From Candidatus Margulisiibacteriota bacterium (GTDB lineage Bacteria; Margulisbacteria; WOR-1; JAHJIW01): DNA of 64,000 nucleotides. The notes under the pieces are model-generated. The model did no database searches. It was given only the letters and a program-made list of their open reading frames with translations, and had not been told where the DNA came from. The stretch's first letter is position 1; each line of letters opens with the position of its first letter. The position numbers and the translations under genes are program-made. The stretch is taken from positions 67,562 to 131,561 of the forward strand of contig JAHJIW010000005.1 of assembly GCA_018823125.1 (NCBI GenBank), in the 5' to 3' direction. This document shows, one piece after another, positions 20,998 through 31,220 of this stretch.

Positions 20998-22347
20998 ATG
21001 AGTATTAATTTTTATCCTACAATTTTAGTAGCTTCTACTGGTTTATCTGCCAAGCAGGGTGTGTCTAATGATCCACAAAAGCTGATAAAAAAAGCTGAAC
21101 ACCTGATTCGTATGGGTAATTTTGGGGGAGCAATTGATCAAATTGAGACAGCACTAACGTTAATCCTAACCCCCACACAAAAGGATAAAATAAATGATTG
21201 CTTGAGTTATATTGTTTCGAAATTGGAAAAGCAGCCAACGCATACGCCAAAAAGAATGTTGGTGTTAGCTAAGGCATATTTATTATTGGATAGAAAAGAA
21301 GAGGCATATTATCAATTTCGGCAATGTCTTGAATATCCAGGAGTTTCTAATGAGGCTCAAGGATATGTTGATAAAATTGTCCAGTCTTTAATTTCCGATA
21401 ATTTACATTTAGCAGGCTTATTTTTTACAGAAGGAGAAATTGACGAGGCGATAAGTTGTTATCAATCAATTCTTGAATTTGTGCCGGATTCGGTTGAGGC
21501 CCACGTTCAATTAGCACTGCTTTATTCTCAAATTCCAGATCACTTTGAAAAGGCGATTGTCGAAGCTGAGCTAGCTTTAAGCTATGATCCGGATAATCGG
21601 TTTGCTTACGTTGCCTTGCTTACCGCGTACACCAATACGTTTCAATACGATAAAGTTTTGAGTCTGGTAGAGGATGAGCATCTATTAGAGAAATATCCTA
21701 ATGATGCCAGTATTAACTATCTTTATGGAAAAACGCTTTTTGATTATGTTCCAACCCAACCGGCTACCCGAGAAATTTTGGGGCAAATGCTAGAAAATGA
21801 TTCTATTGATTTTTCCGCTCAGCAATTATCAGAAATAAATTACTTTATGTCTTTTGCCGTTTATTTTGATGTGAATGCAGTTAGTAATTTTGAAGAAAAT
21901 CGTAAAACGATTATCGATTTATTAGAAAATGCAGTGCGTCTGAATCCGCATTATCAGGATGCCTGGGTGCTTTTATCGTATGCCAGATATCAGGCTGGGG
22001 CCTTTTTAGTAGGGCAAAACCGTAAAATTGAAGCGCTAAATTATCTTAATGATGCACTTGAAGCTGCCGAACAAGTGTATAAAAACGGCAGTCATGATTT
22101 GCGGTACTTAAGATATTGTGGAAGCAATGAAGAAACAACTGAGACCATAAATAAAATACTTTATGTATTATTACACGAATATTCAGAAACCGAAGTTAAG
22201 TTACTTTTAGGAAGAGCTTGTATGCTATGCGGTGATTACGAGGCTGCGGTAAATTATTTTAGTTCGTTTAAAAATGATAATGGTGAAATTCCGGAAGAAA
22301 TCCAAAGAAAATTCGATTATATTGCCACATTAATTGAAGTGCATTAG
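20998..22347 (+). CDS. Hypothetical protein with TPR-like helical repeats
   Basis: 449 aa, helical repeat-like composition; no catalytic motif recognised. Confidence 0.5.
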   Translation: MSINFYPTILVASTGLSAKQGVSNDPQKLIKKAEHLIRMGNFGGAIDQIETALTLILTPTQKDKINDCLSYIVSKLEKQPTHTPKRMLVLAKAYLLLDRKEEAYYQFRQCLEYPGVSNEAQGYVDKIVQSLISDNLHLAGLFFTEGEIDEAISCYQSILEFVPDSVEAHVQLALLYSQIPDHFEKAIVEAELALSYDPDNRFAYVALLTAYTNTFQYDKVLSLVEDEHLLEKYPNDASINYLYGKTLFDYVPTQPATREILGQMLENDSIDFSAQQLSEINYFMSFAVYFDVNAVSNFEENRKTIIDLLENAVRLNPHYQDAWVLLSYARYQAGAFLVGQNRKIEALNYLNDALEAAEQVYKNGSHDLRYLRYCGSNEETTETINKILYVLLHEYSETEVKLLLGRACMLCGDYEAAVNYFSSFKNDNGEIPEEIQRKFDYIATLIEVH

Positions 22348-22369
22348 TCTAAAGCTAACCTAGTTTTGC

Positions 22370-22825
22370 TTAAAAACCCGGACGAATATAATAAGGGATA
22401 TCAATTGGCCAGCCTTCATCTGAGGTTAATAATGAATTTTGATAGGCATTTAAACTTCCCCTTAAGGCTTCAGCCATTTTATTAGCATCCTCTTGGGTAA
22501 GATTTCCCATTATTCCTCGATTAACCGATACCTCTAGGCTTCTAATTGATCCATCCGTTTCTAGTACAAGACGTACGATTATTTCGCCTTTTTTTTCCGT
22601 GTCGCCTTTAAGTATGGAATTATTATAGGCAGCTCTTACTGCTTTTTTTAAGCGGGCTCGAAATGGACTAGTTTCATCCATAACCATTTTTTCTGCAGTA
22701 AAGATTCTACCGTCTTGAGTAGTAACCGTTCTTTCCTCTGTTTTGTTACCTGCATCCTGTGTAAATCCGTGGTAGCGACTTGGAATTCTTGGATTATTTA
22801 CTCTGCCAAAACCATGGATAGTCAT
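22370..22825 (-). CDS. Hypothetical protein (151 aa)
   Basis: Open frame convergent with the TPR gene; no signal peptide; possible TonB-C-like fold is only a guess. Confidence 0.4.
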   Translation of the reverse strand: MTIHGFGRVNNPRIPSRYHGFTQDAGNKTEERTVTTQDGRIFTAEKMVMDETSPFRARLKKAVRAAYNNSILKGDTEKKGEIIVRLVLETDGSIRSLEVSVNRGIMGNLTQEDANKMAEALRGSLNAYQNSLLTSDEGWPIDIPYYIRPGF

Positions 22826-23016
22826 GATACCTTCACTCCCTGAAAGAGGCCTTTTGAGCTAATCGTTAAAGAATGCCCCTTTCTATATATATTATCGTGA
22901 TAAATGGCCTAAAACTTGCATGAAATTGGCGATTTTAAGCAAAATAGTGGGGGGCAGAAGTGAAATTTATCGACAAAAGGCTCGATAGGTAGTAAGTAAA
23001 GATTTAGCTCTATCAA

Positions 23017-23355
23017 ATGGAGGATTTTATGCCACTAGTTAAGGGAACCGAAGGCGGCGCTTATAAAATTATGAGGTTCCCCAAGAAAATAAATATAATC
23101 CGCAAGCAGACTGTGATCAAAAAAGGCAAAGAACAAACCGAAAAGACGGTTTTTTCAATATCTTCTAACGTATCGCCGCAGGAATTGACGCGAAGCGTCA
23201 ACTTTTTATTGGGAACGCAGATTGAGAACATTGATATTAATGACGATGGTGAAATTTCGGATAATGAATTGATTGCGCTGGATCAGATATTAGAAGATAG
23301 GGAAAAAGAAAAGCAAGAAAACACCATTATTCTGGATGTAACTTACGGAAAATAA
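23017..23355 (+). CDS. Hypothetical small protein (112 aa), K/E/D-rich
   Basis: RBS GGAGGA shortly before the ATG; first gene of an apparent three-gene cluster. Confidence 0.45.
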   Translation: MEDFMPLVKGTEGGAYKIMRFPKKINIIRKQTVIKKGKEQTEKTVFSISSNVSPQELTRSVNFLLGTQIENIDINDDGEISDNELIALDQILEDREKEKQENTIILDVTYGK

Positions 23356-23373
23356 ATTATTAGGAGTTAAGCT

Positions 23374-24126
23374 ATGGCAGTTATAGATGGCAAATTAAAT
23401 ATTGCGGGAAAATATTTTCGGGGAGGCAGGGCTCCCGGAATCAGGGAAGCGGCGCACATATTCAGACAACGGGGTGAGGCTGGGAGACTGTTGAGGACCG
23501 GTTGCGATAGTTTTGCGGTGATGCGTTCGGAAGATGCAGGATTAACTGTTCCGGAGCGGGTCAACCGGCTGATGTTAAGCCGGCAGGCCATGACCAGGAT
23601 CATGTGTGTTCCTGAAGCAAGGATTACTCCGCTTGAAATTTTATTTTTGTCGGACCTGGGCGTGGTGGAAGAGATTATTGTTCCTCCTAGGTTTTTTAAT
23701 AAAGGCGAAAAGAGCCGCAGACTTGAATTTTTGATCGGGATCCGGGCGGACCAAAACGGCAGGGATTTTTTGGACGTAACTACCGGTCGGGAAAATTACC
23801 GCGTAAATGCAGAAGGGCTCGCGGTGGGGCTAACCCGGCACATGGCGGAGGAGATTATTTCGGCCATAAATGTTAAAACTACGCTGGGCGTCAGATTTCC
23901 TGCCTCGAATGAAAGCCGGTATCTGTCGGTTGCGGTCAGGGATGAAGTCTGGAAGTCTGAAAGGCGCTTAAGACATACCGGGATGTCCGGGTATTTTTTG
24001 GCAAAGGATCCAGATGGAACCCCGCGGATACAGGGTTTGCGCTATTCGGTTGAGCAATTTACCGAAACCAAAGATAATGTAGATCGTGATTTCGGCGTGG
24101 TGCTGGCCCGCGAAATAATGTTATAA
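23374..24126 (+). CDS. Hypothetical protein (250 aa), Arg-rich, atypical codon composition
   Basis: RBS TAGGAG before the ATG. G/C-ending codons (CGG, AGG, GCG, CCG) are frequent, unlike flanking genes; no known motif recognised. Confidence 0.45.
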   Translation: MAVIDGKLNIAGKYFRGGRAPGIREAAHIFRQRGEAGRLLRTGCDSFAVMRSEDAGLTVPERVNRLMLSRQAMTRIMCVPEARITPLEILFLSDLGVVEEIIVPPRFFNKGEKSRRLEFLIGIRADQNGRDFLDVTTGRENYRVNAEGLAVGLTRHMAEEIISAINVKTTLGVRFPASNESRYLSVAVRDEVWKSERRLRHTGMSGYFLAKDPDGTPRIQGLRYSVEQFTETKDNVDRDFGVVLAREIML

Positions 24127-24137
24127 TCACCTTCGTT

Positions 24138-25199
24138 ATGCAAACCGAAGCCCACGAAGCAATGTTTTACGATAAATTAAAGGACGGTTCTGTTAAATGC
24201 CGCCTTTGCCCCTGGAATTGTGTAATTGATGATGGGCGAGCCGGCTATTGCGGGGTACGCCAAAACGTTGATGGAACCCTTTATTCAGTTATCTACGGCA
24301 AAGCCACCAGTGTGGCGGCGGATCCCATCGAGAAAAAGCCTCTCTATAATTTCAGGCCGGGAACCAGAGTTTTATCTTTAGGTACTTACGGTTGTAATAT
24401 GCGCTGCGGGCACTGTCAAAACTGGCAGATCTCACACGTGATTCCGGTCAAAGATTTTACTTCGGGAAAAACTTTTAAAGTGGTGGAACCGCCGCGCTCC
24501 GAAGAGATTCCCCCCGAAAAATTAGTTACGCTGGCGATCGAAAATGATTGTGCGGGAATTGCCTGGACCTATAACGAACCTACCATCTGGTTTGAATATG
24601 CTTATGACGGTGCCAAACTGGCTAAACAAAATGATTTGTATACCGTTTTTGTTACTAATGGTTATATCAACCTGGAACCATTGGCGGCCATTGCTCCATA
24701 TTTAGACGCTTACCGCGTAGATATTAAAGCCTTTAATGACGATGCCTATAAGTTATTATGCAAAGTCCGATCAATGCAGCCGGTTTTGGATGCAGCCAAG
24801 GCCGCTAAACATAAACATAACATGCACGTCGAAGTAGTTACTTTAATTATTCCCACCTTAAACGATGATGATAAGCAATTAACCGGCATTGCCAATTTTA
24901 TCAAAAATGAATTAGGTGCCGATGTTCCCTGGCATGTAACCCGTTTTGTACCTTATCTGGAATTTAAAAATTACGAAGTAACTCCGGTAGAAACGCTGGA
25001 AAGAGCCGTAGAGATTGGTTATAAAGCCGGATTAAAGTACGTATATATTGGTAATGTTGCTGGTCATCCCGCGGAGCATACTTATTGCCCCAAATGTAAA
25101 AAAGGCTTAATTGAAAGGCACGGCTTTAGTATCGGAGCTTTTAATATTGATGAAGCTAATCAATGTATTTTCTGCGGCGAAAAGATCGATATTACTTAA
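24138..25199 (+). CDS. Radical SAM enzyme, AmmeMemoRadiSam-system (AmrS)-like / PFL-AE family
   Basis: CNMRCGHC (CX3CX2C) radical SAM motif plus an N-terminal Cys cluster KCRLCPWNC. Neighbouring-gene-like codon usage. Confidence 0.75.
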   Translation: MQTEAHEAMFYDKLKDGSVKCRLCPWNCVIDDGRAGYCGVRQNVDGTLYSVIYGKATSVAADPIEKKPLYNFRPGTRVLSLGTYGCNMRCGHCQNWQISHVIPVKDFTSGKTFKVVEPPRSEEIPPEKLVTLAIENDCAGIAWTYNEPTIWFEYAYDGAKLAKQNDLYTVFVTNGYINLEPLAAIAPYLDAYRVDIKAFNDDAYKLLCKVRSMQPVLDAAKAAKHKHNMHVEVVTLIIPTLNDDDKQLTGIANFIKNELGADVPWHVTRFVPYLEFKNYEVTPVETLERAVEIGYKAGLKYVYIGNVAGHPAEHTYCPKCKKGLIERHGFSIGAFNIDEANQCIFCGEKIDIT

Positions 25200-25203
25200 T
25201 TTT

Positions 25204-25686
25204 TTACCTTCTGAATACTATTCTGAGGACAACCAACACGATTACCGCTGCCATGGTAAAGAATAAAAGTATTACGCGGGTAGCTTTAATGGGATGCACG
25301 GTTTGGTGTCCCGGAGCAACAATTTCTAGGCTATCAGCATGAATATCTAAGTCTCCCCCGTGTTGTTTACAAGCCCGATGAAATACTCCAATTACGGTTA
25401 CGGTGTCGCCTTTGAAGTTGTAAGATCCGGCTTGTTTGATTTTATCGGCCATTTCATTTGGCATGAAAATTCCGATGGCGTTATATCTATCCGATACATT
25501 AACCCAGGCATATTTTCCGCGTTTCATTACATTGCCGATAACTTCACCATTAAATTCAACCGTTTTGCCGTCTAAAATTTGTTCGTTATCGATTAGATAT
25601 GAACTGTCAACGGTAGTGGCGGCAAAAGCAGCGACAGCAAGTAGGGTACAAAGTGCAAACACTAAGATTATAATTTTTTTAAGCAT
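25204..25686 (-). CDS. Hypothetical secreted/membrane-anchored protein, possible OB-fold
   Basis: Start set to ATG at 25686 (MLKKIIILVF, RBS AGGAAAGGGA), one nt after the trkH stop. N-terminal signal peptide and C-terminal hydrophobic segment. Confidence 0.5.
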   Translation of the reverse strand: MLKKIIILVFALCTLLAVAAFAATTVDSSYLIDNEQILDGKTVEFNGEVIGNVMKRGKYAWVNVSDRYNAIGIFMPNEMADKIKQAGSYNFKGDTVTVIGVFHRACKQHGGDLDIHADSLEIVAPGHQTVHPIKATRVILLFFTMAAVIVLVVLRIVFRR

Positions 25687-25687
25687 A

Positions 25688-27193
25688 TTATCCCTTTCCT
25701 CTAAAGGTAGCAATAAAGAAACCGATTAAAGCAAAGATCGACATAAATTCGAGTCGACCTAACCACATCTGAAGAATAAACACTACTTTTAATCCAGCGG
25801 GCATCGCAGGACTGGTAATTCCACAGGATAAACCAACGTTGGCGGCCGCGGATACCGATTCGAAAGCGGCCTGCTCAAGCGGATAGCCGTAAATGATGCC
25901 GGCTACGGTACCTAAGAAATAAGTGATTAAATAAGCCAGAATAATTAACAGCGTAGTTCTGACAAATTTTTCTGTCATGATAATATCTTTGATATGGTGA
26001 AATTTAGCTGAGATTACCGCGGTTCCAGGAGACATAACGCGTTTTACATCCTGGAATAATGCTTTAATAAAAATCCCAACACGTAAAACTTTGATTCCGC
26101 CGGCAGTTGAACAAGCCGATCCGCCGATGGCCATGGCCAGCATGGCACCAAACATAGCAATCGTTTTCCATTCAAATACAAATTGCTGAGCATAAATAGT
26201 CATGTAGCCGGTGCCGCTGTGCGCGGATAAGATCTGATAAAATCCCTTTCTAAAAAGAGCTAACCAATTGGGGTAAGTATCCATGCGGGTGAGTCCGATC
26301 GCGGTTAAGGTAAAAATAATTAGTACGCTAAAGAGCAGGGTTTTAGTTTCGATGTTGGTTCTTAATTCTTTCCATTTTCGATCCCACAGGGCGTAATGCA
26401 GACCAAAGTTAAGGGTACCTAAAATCATTAATGCCATGGTAACCAATTCAAACGGAAAGCTGTGATAATAAAGAATACTTTGCGAATAAGGAGTAAATCC
26501 TCCGGTATCAAACGCCGCCATAAAAATCCAGAGACCGTTTAAAAATGATTCTAAAAGCGGGATACCTTCAAAAAAAGCAACGACCGTCAACATGAAAGTG
26601 CCGATTACTAAATAAACGATACTGATCAGCCAGATAAAACGTGCGGTTTGAATTACATTGGGCAAAACCTTTTCTTCGCGGGCTTCGCCGACGTACATGC
26701 GGTAGGCCCCGGCGGTTCCTTTAATTAAAAAAGTTAAACCGATAACCACAATTCCCTGACCACCTAAAAACATCATCAAATGGCGCCACATATTTAAGGA
26801 AATTGAAATGTGGTCTTTGCCTTGCAGGATGGAAAGCCCGGTGGTGGCAAACCCGCTCATCGAATCAAAGCAAGCGTCCAAAAATGAGCCAAATTGTCCC
26901 GAAAGATATAAAGGAATGGCGCCGATAAACATGGCCGCCAACCATGCGGTAGCAGCCACTACCAGGCCGTGCATCCAGTTTAAGTCCTTACGCGTTGAAC
27001 AAATGATTTGCAGCACTAATCCGATGGCTAAACCGGCAAAAAGGGCAATCCCGAAATTCAGCGCCATGGCGTATTCTAAAAAGAGAATGCCGGTAATGAG
27101 GGGAATGATCATGACTAGTCCCAAGGCAACGATTAATCGTCCGATGTGGAAACCAATTACTTTGAAATCATCTAGTCTGGGTCTGAGTAGCAT
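25688..27193 (-). CDS. trkH: Trk/Ktr-type potassium uptake membrane subunit
   Basis: 501 aa polytopic membrane protein with TrkH-like repeated pore loops. Confidence 0.9.
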   Translation of the reverse strand: MLLRPRLDDFKVIGFHIGRLIVALGLVMIIPLITGILFLEYAMALNFGIALFAGLAIGLVLQIICSTRKDLNWMHGLVVAATAWLAAMFIGAIPLYLSGQFGSFLDACFDSMSGFATTGLSILQGKDHISISLNMWRHLMMFLGGQGIVVIGLTFLIKGTAGAYRMYVGEAREEKVLPNVIQTARFIWLISIVYLVIGTFMLTVVAFFEGIPLLESFLNGLWIFMAAFDTGGFTPYSQSILYYHSFPFELVTMALMILGTLNFGLHYALWDRKWKELRTNIETKTLLFSVLIIFTLTAIGLTRMDTYPNWLALFRKGFYQILSAHSGTGYMTIYAQQFVFEWKTIAMFGAMLAMAIGGSACSTAGGIKVLRVGIFIKALFQDVKRVMSPGTAVISAKFHHIKDIIMTEKFVRTTLLIILAYLITYFLGTVAGIIYGYPLEQAAFESVSAAANVGLSCGITSPAMPAGLKVVFILQMWLGRLEFMSIFALIGFFIATFRGKG

Positions 27194-27197
27194 ATTT

Positions 27198-27860
27198 TTA
27201 AGACTTCCCTAAAAATATTCTTTTTAGTTCTTTTTCTTTGCTGGGGAGCGCCAATGCAATTACGTCGTCGCCAACTTCAATGACCGTATTTCCTTTAGGG
27301 AAAATAACTTTATCTCCACGGATGATGGTAGTAATAACCGATTCGGCGGGCAGGACTAAATCTTTAATCATCTTGCGGGCGGCCGGTGAGGCTGCGTTGA
27401 TCACGGTTTCGGTAATGGCAATTTGACCTCTTTTTAAGGTGAGGAGGGTAATAATGTCGCCGACGGTGGCTTCTTCTTCGATCAGTTTAGCGATAACCGT
27501 GGTGCTGGAAACGGCATCGACGCCCAATGAATTAAAGGTTTCCTGGTTTTTGGGGTTATTGATGCGGGCAATGGCGCGGGGTACCCCAAAAGTTTCTTTG
27601 GCCAGCTGACAAATAACTAAGTTATCTTCGTCATCGCCGGTAACTGCCGCAACTACCTGGGCGCGCTCCATGCCGGCGTCTTCCAATATATGCGGATCGC
27701 AGCCGTCGCCGCTAATGACTAAAATATTATCGACGTCTTCTGAAAGTTTTTGGGTAATATTTGCATCTTTTTCTACTAAAACAATATCGTGTCCGCGGCT
27801 TTTTAAGGTTTTAGCTAAAAATTCTCCGACTTTTCCGCCGCCCACAATTACAATAAACAT
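27198..27860 (-). CDS. trkA: Trk system NAD-binding subunit (RCK domain)
   Basis: N-terminal Rossmann motif VIVGGGKVG and an RCK C-terminal domain. Confidence 0.85.
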   Translation of the reverse strand: MFIVIVGGGKVGEFLAKTLKSRGHDIVLVEKDANITQKLSEDVDNILVISGDGCDPHILEDAGMERAQVVAAVTGDDEDNLVICQLAKETFGVPRAIARINNPKNQETFNSLGVDAVSSTTVIAKLIEEEATVGDIITLLTLKRGQIAITETVINAASPAARKMIKDLVLPAESVITTIIRGDKVIFPKGNTVIEVGDDVIALALPSKEKELKRIFLGKS

Positions 27861-28540
27861 TATGCTTTAGCCTCCGTTTTTGCCAGTAGGCCTTTTTTTA
27901 ATCCCAGGTGGTCTCTTAGCTTTTTAAGCGCGGTTACTTTGGCCAGCCCTAAAATCAGGTCGTCAGTTTTGATTATAACCTCTGGAGTGGGAAGGATTAC
28001 TTGCCCTTTTCTTAAGATTGCAGTGGCGGCAAAGTCAGACCCAATATTTAGATCTTCAACTTTTTTCCCGTCAAATTTAATGCCGATTTCAAATTCGATC
28101 AAGGCGTGTTCTTTGCCGACCGGGATATGATAGATAAATACTTCCTGGAGCAGCATGTTTTTAATAATATCGGCCGAGATTTTGGTGGTGCAAATGGTTT
28201 CTAGGCCGAATCGGCGGTAAATGACGGATCTTTCGGGATCGTAAATGCGGGTGATGACCTTAGGAACTTTAAAGATGCGTTTGGCAACTTGAGAAGCCAT
28301 GATATTGGAGTTGTCGCCGTTGGTAACTACCGCCATGGCGTCGGCGCGTTCGATGCCGGCTCTTTTTAAAATATCGGGGTCAAATCCGATGCCGGTGATT
28401 GTGATGCCGTTAAAAGCTGATCCGAGGCGGTTGAATGACTTGGGGTTTTTATCAACGATCACTACGTTATGGCCTTCCTGAGAAAGCATCTGGGCCATTT
28501 GGGATCCGACTCTTCCGCAGCCGACAATAATTATATGCAT
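27860..28540 (-). CDS. trkA: Trk system NAD-binding subunit (RCK domain), second paralog
   Basis: N-terminal IIVGCGRVG Rossmann motif; tandem with the other trkA-like gene. Confidence 0.85.
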   Translation of the reverse strand: MHIIIVGCGRVGSQMAQMLSQEGHNVVIVDKNPKSFNRLGSAFNGITITGIGFDPDILKRAGIERADAMAVVTNGDNSNIMASQVAKRIFKVPKVITRIYDPERSVIYRRFGLETICTTKISADIIKNMLLQEVFIYHIPVGKEHALIEFEIGIKFDGKKVEDLNIGSDFAATAILRKGQVILPTPEVIIKTDDLILGLAKVTALKKLRDHLGLKKGLLAKTEAKA

Positions 28541-28565
28541 GTGCTAAATCCCCTTAATAAACTTG

Positions 28566-30596
28566 CTATCCGATAAAACGACTGATAAAAGCTGCGACGT
28601 ACTGATTTAAAAAGATAATCAAGGGCGCAAATACCAGAGATACTACCGTGATTAATTTTATTAAAATATTGATTGCCGGTCCAGCGGTATCTTTAAAAGG
28701 ATCGCCCACGGTGTCGCCAATGACGGTGGCGGCGTGTTCGGGACTCTTTTTACCGCCGAAATGACCTTCTTCAATATATTTCTTAGCGTTGTCCCAGGCG
28801 CCGCCGGCATTCGCCAGAAAAATGGCCATCGGTACACCGGTAATTAAAACGCCGGCTAAAAGACCCGCGAGAGCTTCCGGTCCAAATGCGATTCCCACCA
28901 AAAGAGGAATTAAAACCGCTGCCAGTCCCGGAGCAATCATTTCTTTTAATGCCGCTTGAGTCGTAATATCTACGCAGCGGGCATAATCGGCTTTGGCTTG
29001 ATTTTCCATTAAGCCTTTGATTTCTTTAAACTGGCGTCTTACTTCACCCACCACTAAAAATGCAGCTCTGCCTACCGCTTGCATAGTTTGGGTAGTGAAG
29101 AGAAACGGAATAACACCGCCTACAAATAATCCGGCAATAACGCGCGGCTGCATAATATCAATAACGGTCATACCGGCAACCTGAGTGTAAGCAGAGAATA
29201 ACGCTAACGCGGTCAATGCCGCTGATCCAATTGCAAATCCTTTGGCGATGGCGGCGGTGGTGTTTCCAGCCGCATCTAAAGAGTCGGTGATTTTTCTGAT
29301 TTCTGGCCCAAGATGGCTCATTTCAGCAATGCCGCCGGCGTTATCAGCGATCGGGCCGTAGGCGTCAACCGAAACCGTCATGCCGGCAATGGAAAGCATG
29401 CCGAGTGCCGCGAGGGCGACGCCAAACATACCTACGAAATGATAAGAAACTAAAATGGTAATACCGATAACCACTAACGGCAGAACCGTACTTTTCATTC
29501 CGGTTGCAATACCGGCAATAATGACGGTGGCCGGACCGGTTTGTGCCGATTCAGCAATTTTTACTACTTGTTTTCCAGAGGTAAAATACTCGGCTACGTA
29601 ACCCATTACTAATCCGGAAATCAGACCAAATAAAATGGCCCAGAAAGGATTGATGCTGCCGTACCAGAGTGTAGACAAAAGTAAGGCCGCAATAATAAAT
29701 AAAGTTGCGGAGGCAATCGTTCCGTTACGCAATGATTTTTGGGGGTTCATATTTTTTCCGGTTCTGACAAAGAAAGTTCCGATAATCGAAGCAACGATGC
29801 CGATCGCTGCCAAAAGCAAACAGAAAACCACTCCTTTTACTTTTGCGGCCGGAGTAGGGAGGGTGGCCACTGCAATTACGATTCCGGCAATAATGGCGCC
29901 TACGTAAGATTCATACAAATCGGCTCCCATCCCGGCTACGTCGCCTACGTTATCTCCAACTAAGTCGGCAATCACGGCAGGGTTGCGAGGATCATCCTCA
30001 GGAATTCCGGCTTCTACTTTACCTACTAAATCGGCACCGACGTCCGCCGCTTTGGTATAAATACCGCCACCGACACGGGCAAATAATGCTACCGATGAAG
30101 CTCCCATCGAAAATCCGGCGATTAAACTGGTCGCTAGTCCTAAACCAAAACTTTGATAGAAAATAAAATACAATAGTGAAAGCGCAAAAAGACCGATGGA
30201 AACTACGTACATTCCCATCACTGCGCCGCCGCTAAAAGCAATTTCTAAAGCATGATTAAAGCTTTTGGTAGCGCCGTGGGCGGTACGGGTATTGGCGCGG
30301 GTCGCAATTTTCATTCCTAAATATCCGGCCGAAAGCGAACAAACTGCTCCTACTAAATAGGCGACGGAGGTTTGCCAGTTTATGCCAAAAAATAAAACTA
30401 CGGTTAAAACCACCACAAAAATAGCGATGGCTTTATACTCGCGTTTTAAGAAGGCCATGGCTCCGGTGTGAATGGCTTCCGAAATTTCAACCATGGTTTC
30501 GTTTCCGGGATCCTCCTTCATTACTTTGGCGGCCAGGTACACGATGAAAATAATTCCGATAGCTCCGGTCAGTGTTGCGATCAAGATAAGATTCAT
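28566..30596 (-). CDS. hppA: Membrane-bound ion-translocating pyrophosphatase (H+/Na+-PPase)
   Basis: 676 aa; [17 protein letters not shown] and related V-PPase motifs. Confidence 0.9.
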   Translation of the reverse strand: MNLILIATLTGAIGIIFIVYLAAKVMKEDPGNETMVEISEAIHTGAMAFLKREYKAIAIFVVVLTVVLFFGINWQTSVAYLVGAVCSLSAGYLGMKIATRANTRTAHGATKSFNHALEIAFSGGAVMGMYVVSIGLFALSLLYFIFYQSFGLGLATSLIAGFSMGASSVALFARVGGGIYTKAADVGADLVGKVEAGIPEDDPRNPAVIADLVGDNVGDVAGMGADLYESYVGAIIAGIVIAVATLPTPAAKVKGVVFCLLLAAIGIVASIIGTFFVRTGKNMNPQKSLRNGTIASATLFIIAALLLSTLWYGSINPFWAILFGLISGLVMGYVAEYFTSGKQVVKIAESAQTGPATVIIAGIATGMKSTVLPLVVIGITILVSYHFVGMFGVALAALGMLSIAGMTVSVDAYGPIADNAGGIAEMSHLGPEIRKITDSLDAAGNTTAAIAKGFAIGSAALTALALFSAYTQVAGMTVIDIMQPRVIAGLFVGGVIPFLFTTQTMQAVGRAAFLVVGEVRRQFKEIKGLMENQAKADYARCVDITTQAALKEMIAPGLAAVLIPLLVGIAFGPEALAGLLAGVLITGVPMAIFLANAGGAWDNAKKYIEEGHFGGKKSPEHAATVIGDTVGDPFKDTAGPAINILIKLITVVSLVFAPLIIFLNQYVAAFISRFIG

Positions 30597-30611
30597 TTAC
30601 TTTTCCCCTTT

Positions 30612-31220
30612 CTAATGACAGGCGCTGGTTGCGCTTTTATGGGTTAATAAATTCATTAACCCGATTAACAAACCTAAAACTAAAAATGCTCCGGGCGGCA
30701 AGACCATGATTAGGGCCGGATTATAGGATGGGCCAAGCAAACTAAATCCTAAAATGCTGCCGCTGCCTAAAATTTCGCGGACCGAGCTGACTAAAATTAA
30801 AGCTAAAAGAAAACCAAATCCCATGCCGAGTGCATCCATAATTGAATTGGACAGCGTGTTTTTAGATGCAAAAGCTTCGGCGCGGCCAAAAATAATGCAG
30901 TTAACCACAATTAATGGAATAAAGATTCCTAATGATTTATGCAGGGCCGGCGCAAAGGCGGCTAATAATAAATCCGCAATGGTGGTAAAAGACGCGATTA
31001 CAATAATATAAGTAGGAATGCGGATTTTTTTGGGAGTAATGTTTTTAATTAATGAAACGATGATGTTTGAACCTAATAAAACAAAAGTTGAAGCAACCGC
31101 CATGCCGATTCCATTGATGACGGTGGTGGTAACCGCCAGCGTGGGACACATGCCCAGGAGTAATCTGAAAACCGGGTTTTCCTTATAAATGCCTTTGGTA
31201 AATTCCGAAACTAAGCTCAT
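30612..31220 (-). CDS. RnfA/RnfE (NqrD/E) family membrane subunit, solitary
   Basis: 202 aa; LGMCPTLAVT and GIFIPLIVVNC motifs typical of RnfA/RnfE; no other rnf genes adjacent. Confidence 0.7.
   Translation of the reverse strand: MSLVSEFTKGIYKENPVFRLLLGMCPTLAVTTTVINGIGMAVASTFVLLGSNIIVSLIKNITPKKIRIPTYIIVIASFTTIADLLLAAFAPALHKSLGIFIPLIVVNCIIFGRAEAFASKNTLSNSIMDALGMGFGFLLALILVSSVREILGSGSILGFSLLGPSYNPALIMVLPPGAFLVLGLLIGLMNLLTHKSATSACH

Noticed and set aside
23374-24126. Structured ncRNA explaining the G-rich composition
   Set aside because: There is a 750-nt open frame with an RBS and no recognisable RNase P, tmRNA or riboswitch motifs. Kept as a CDS with a compositional anomaly.
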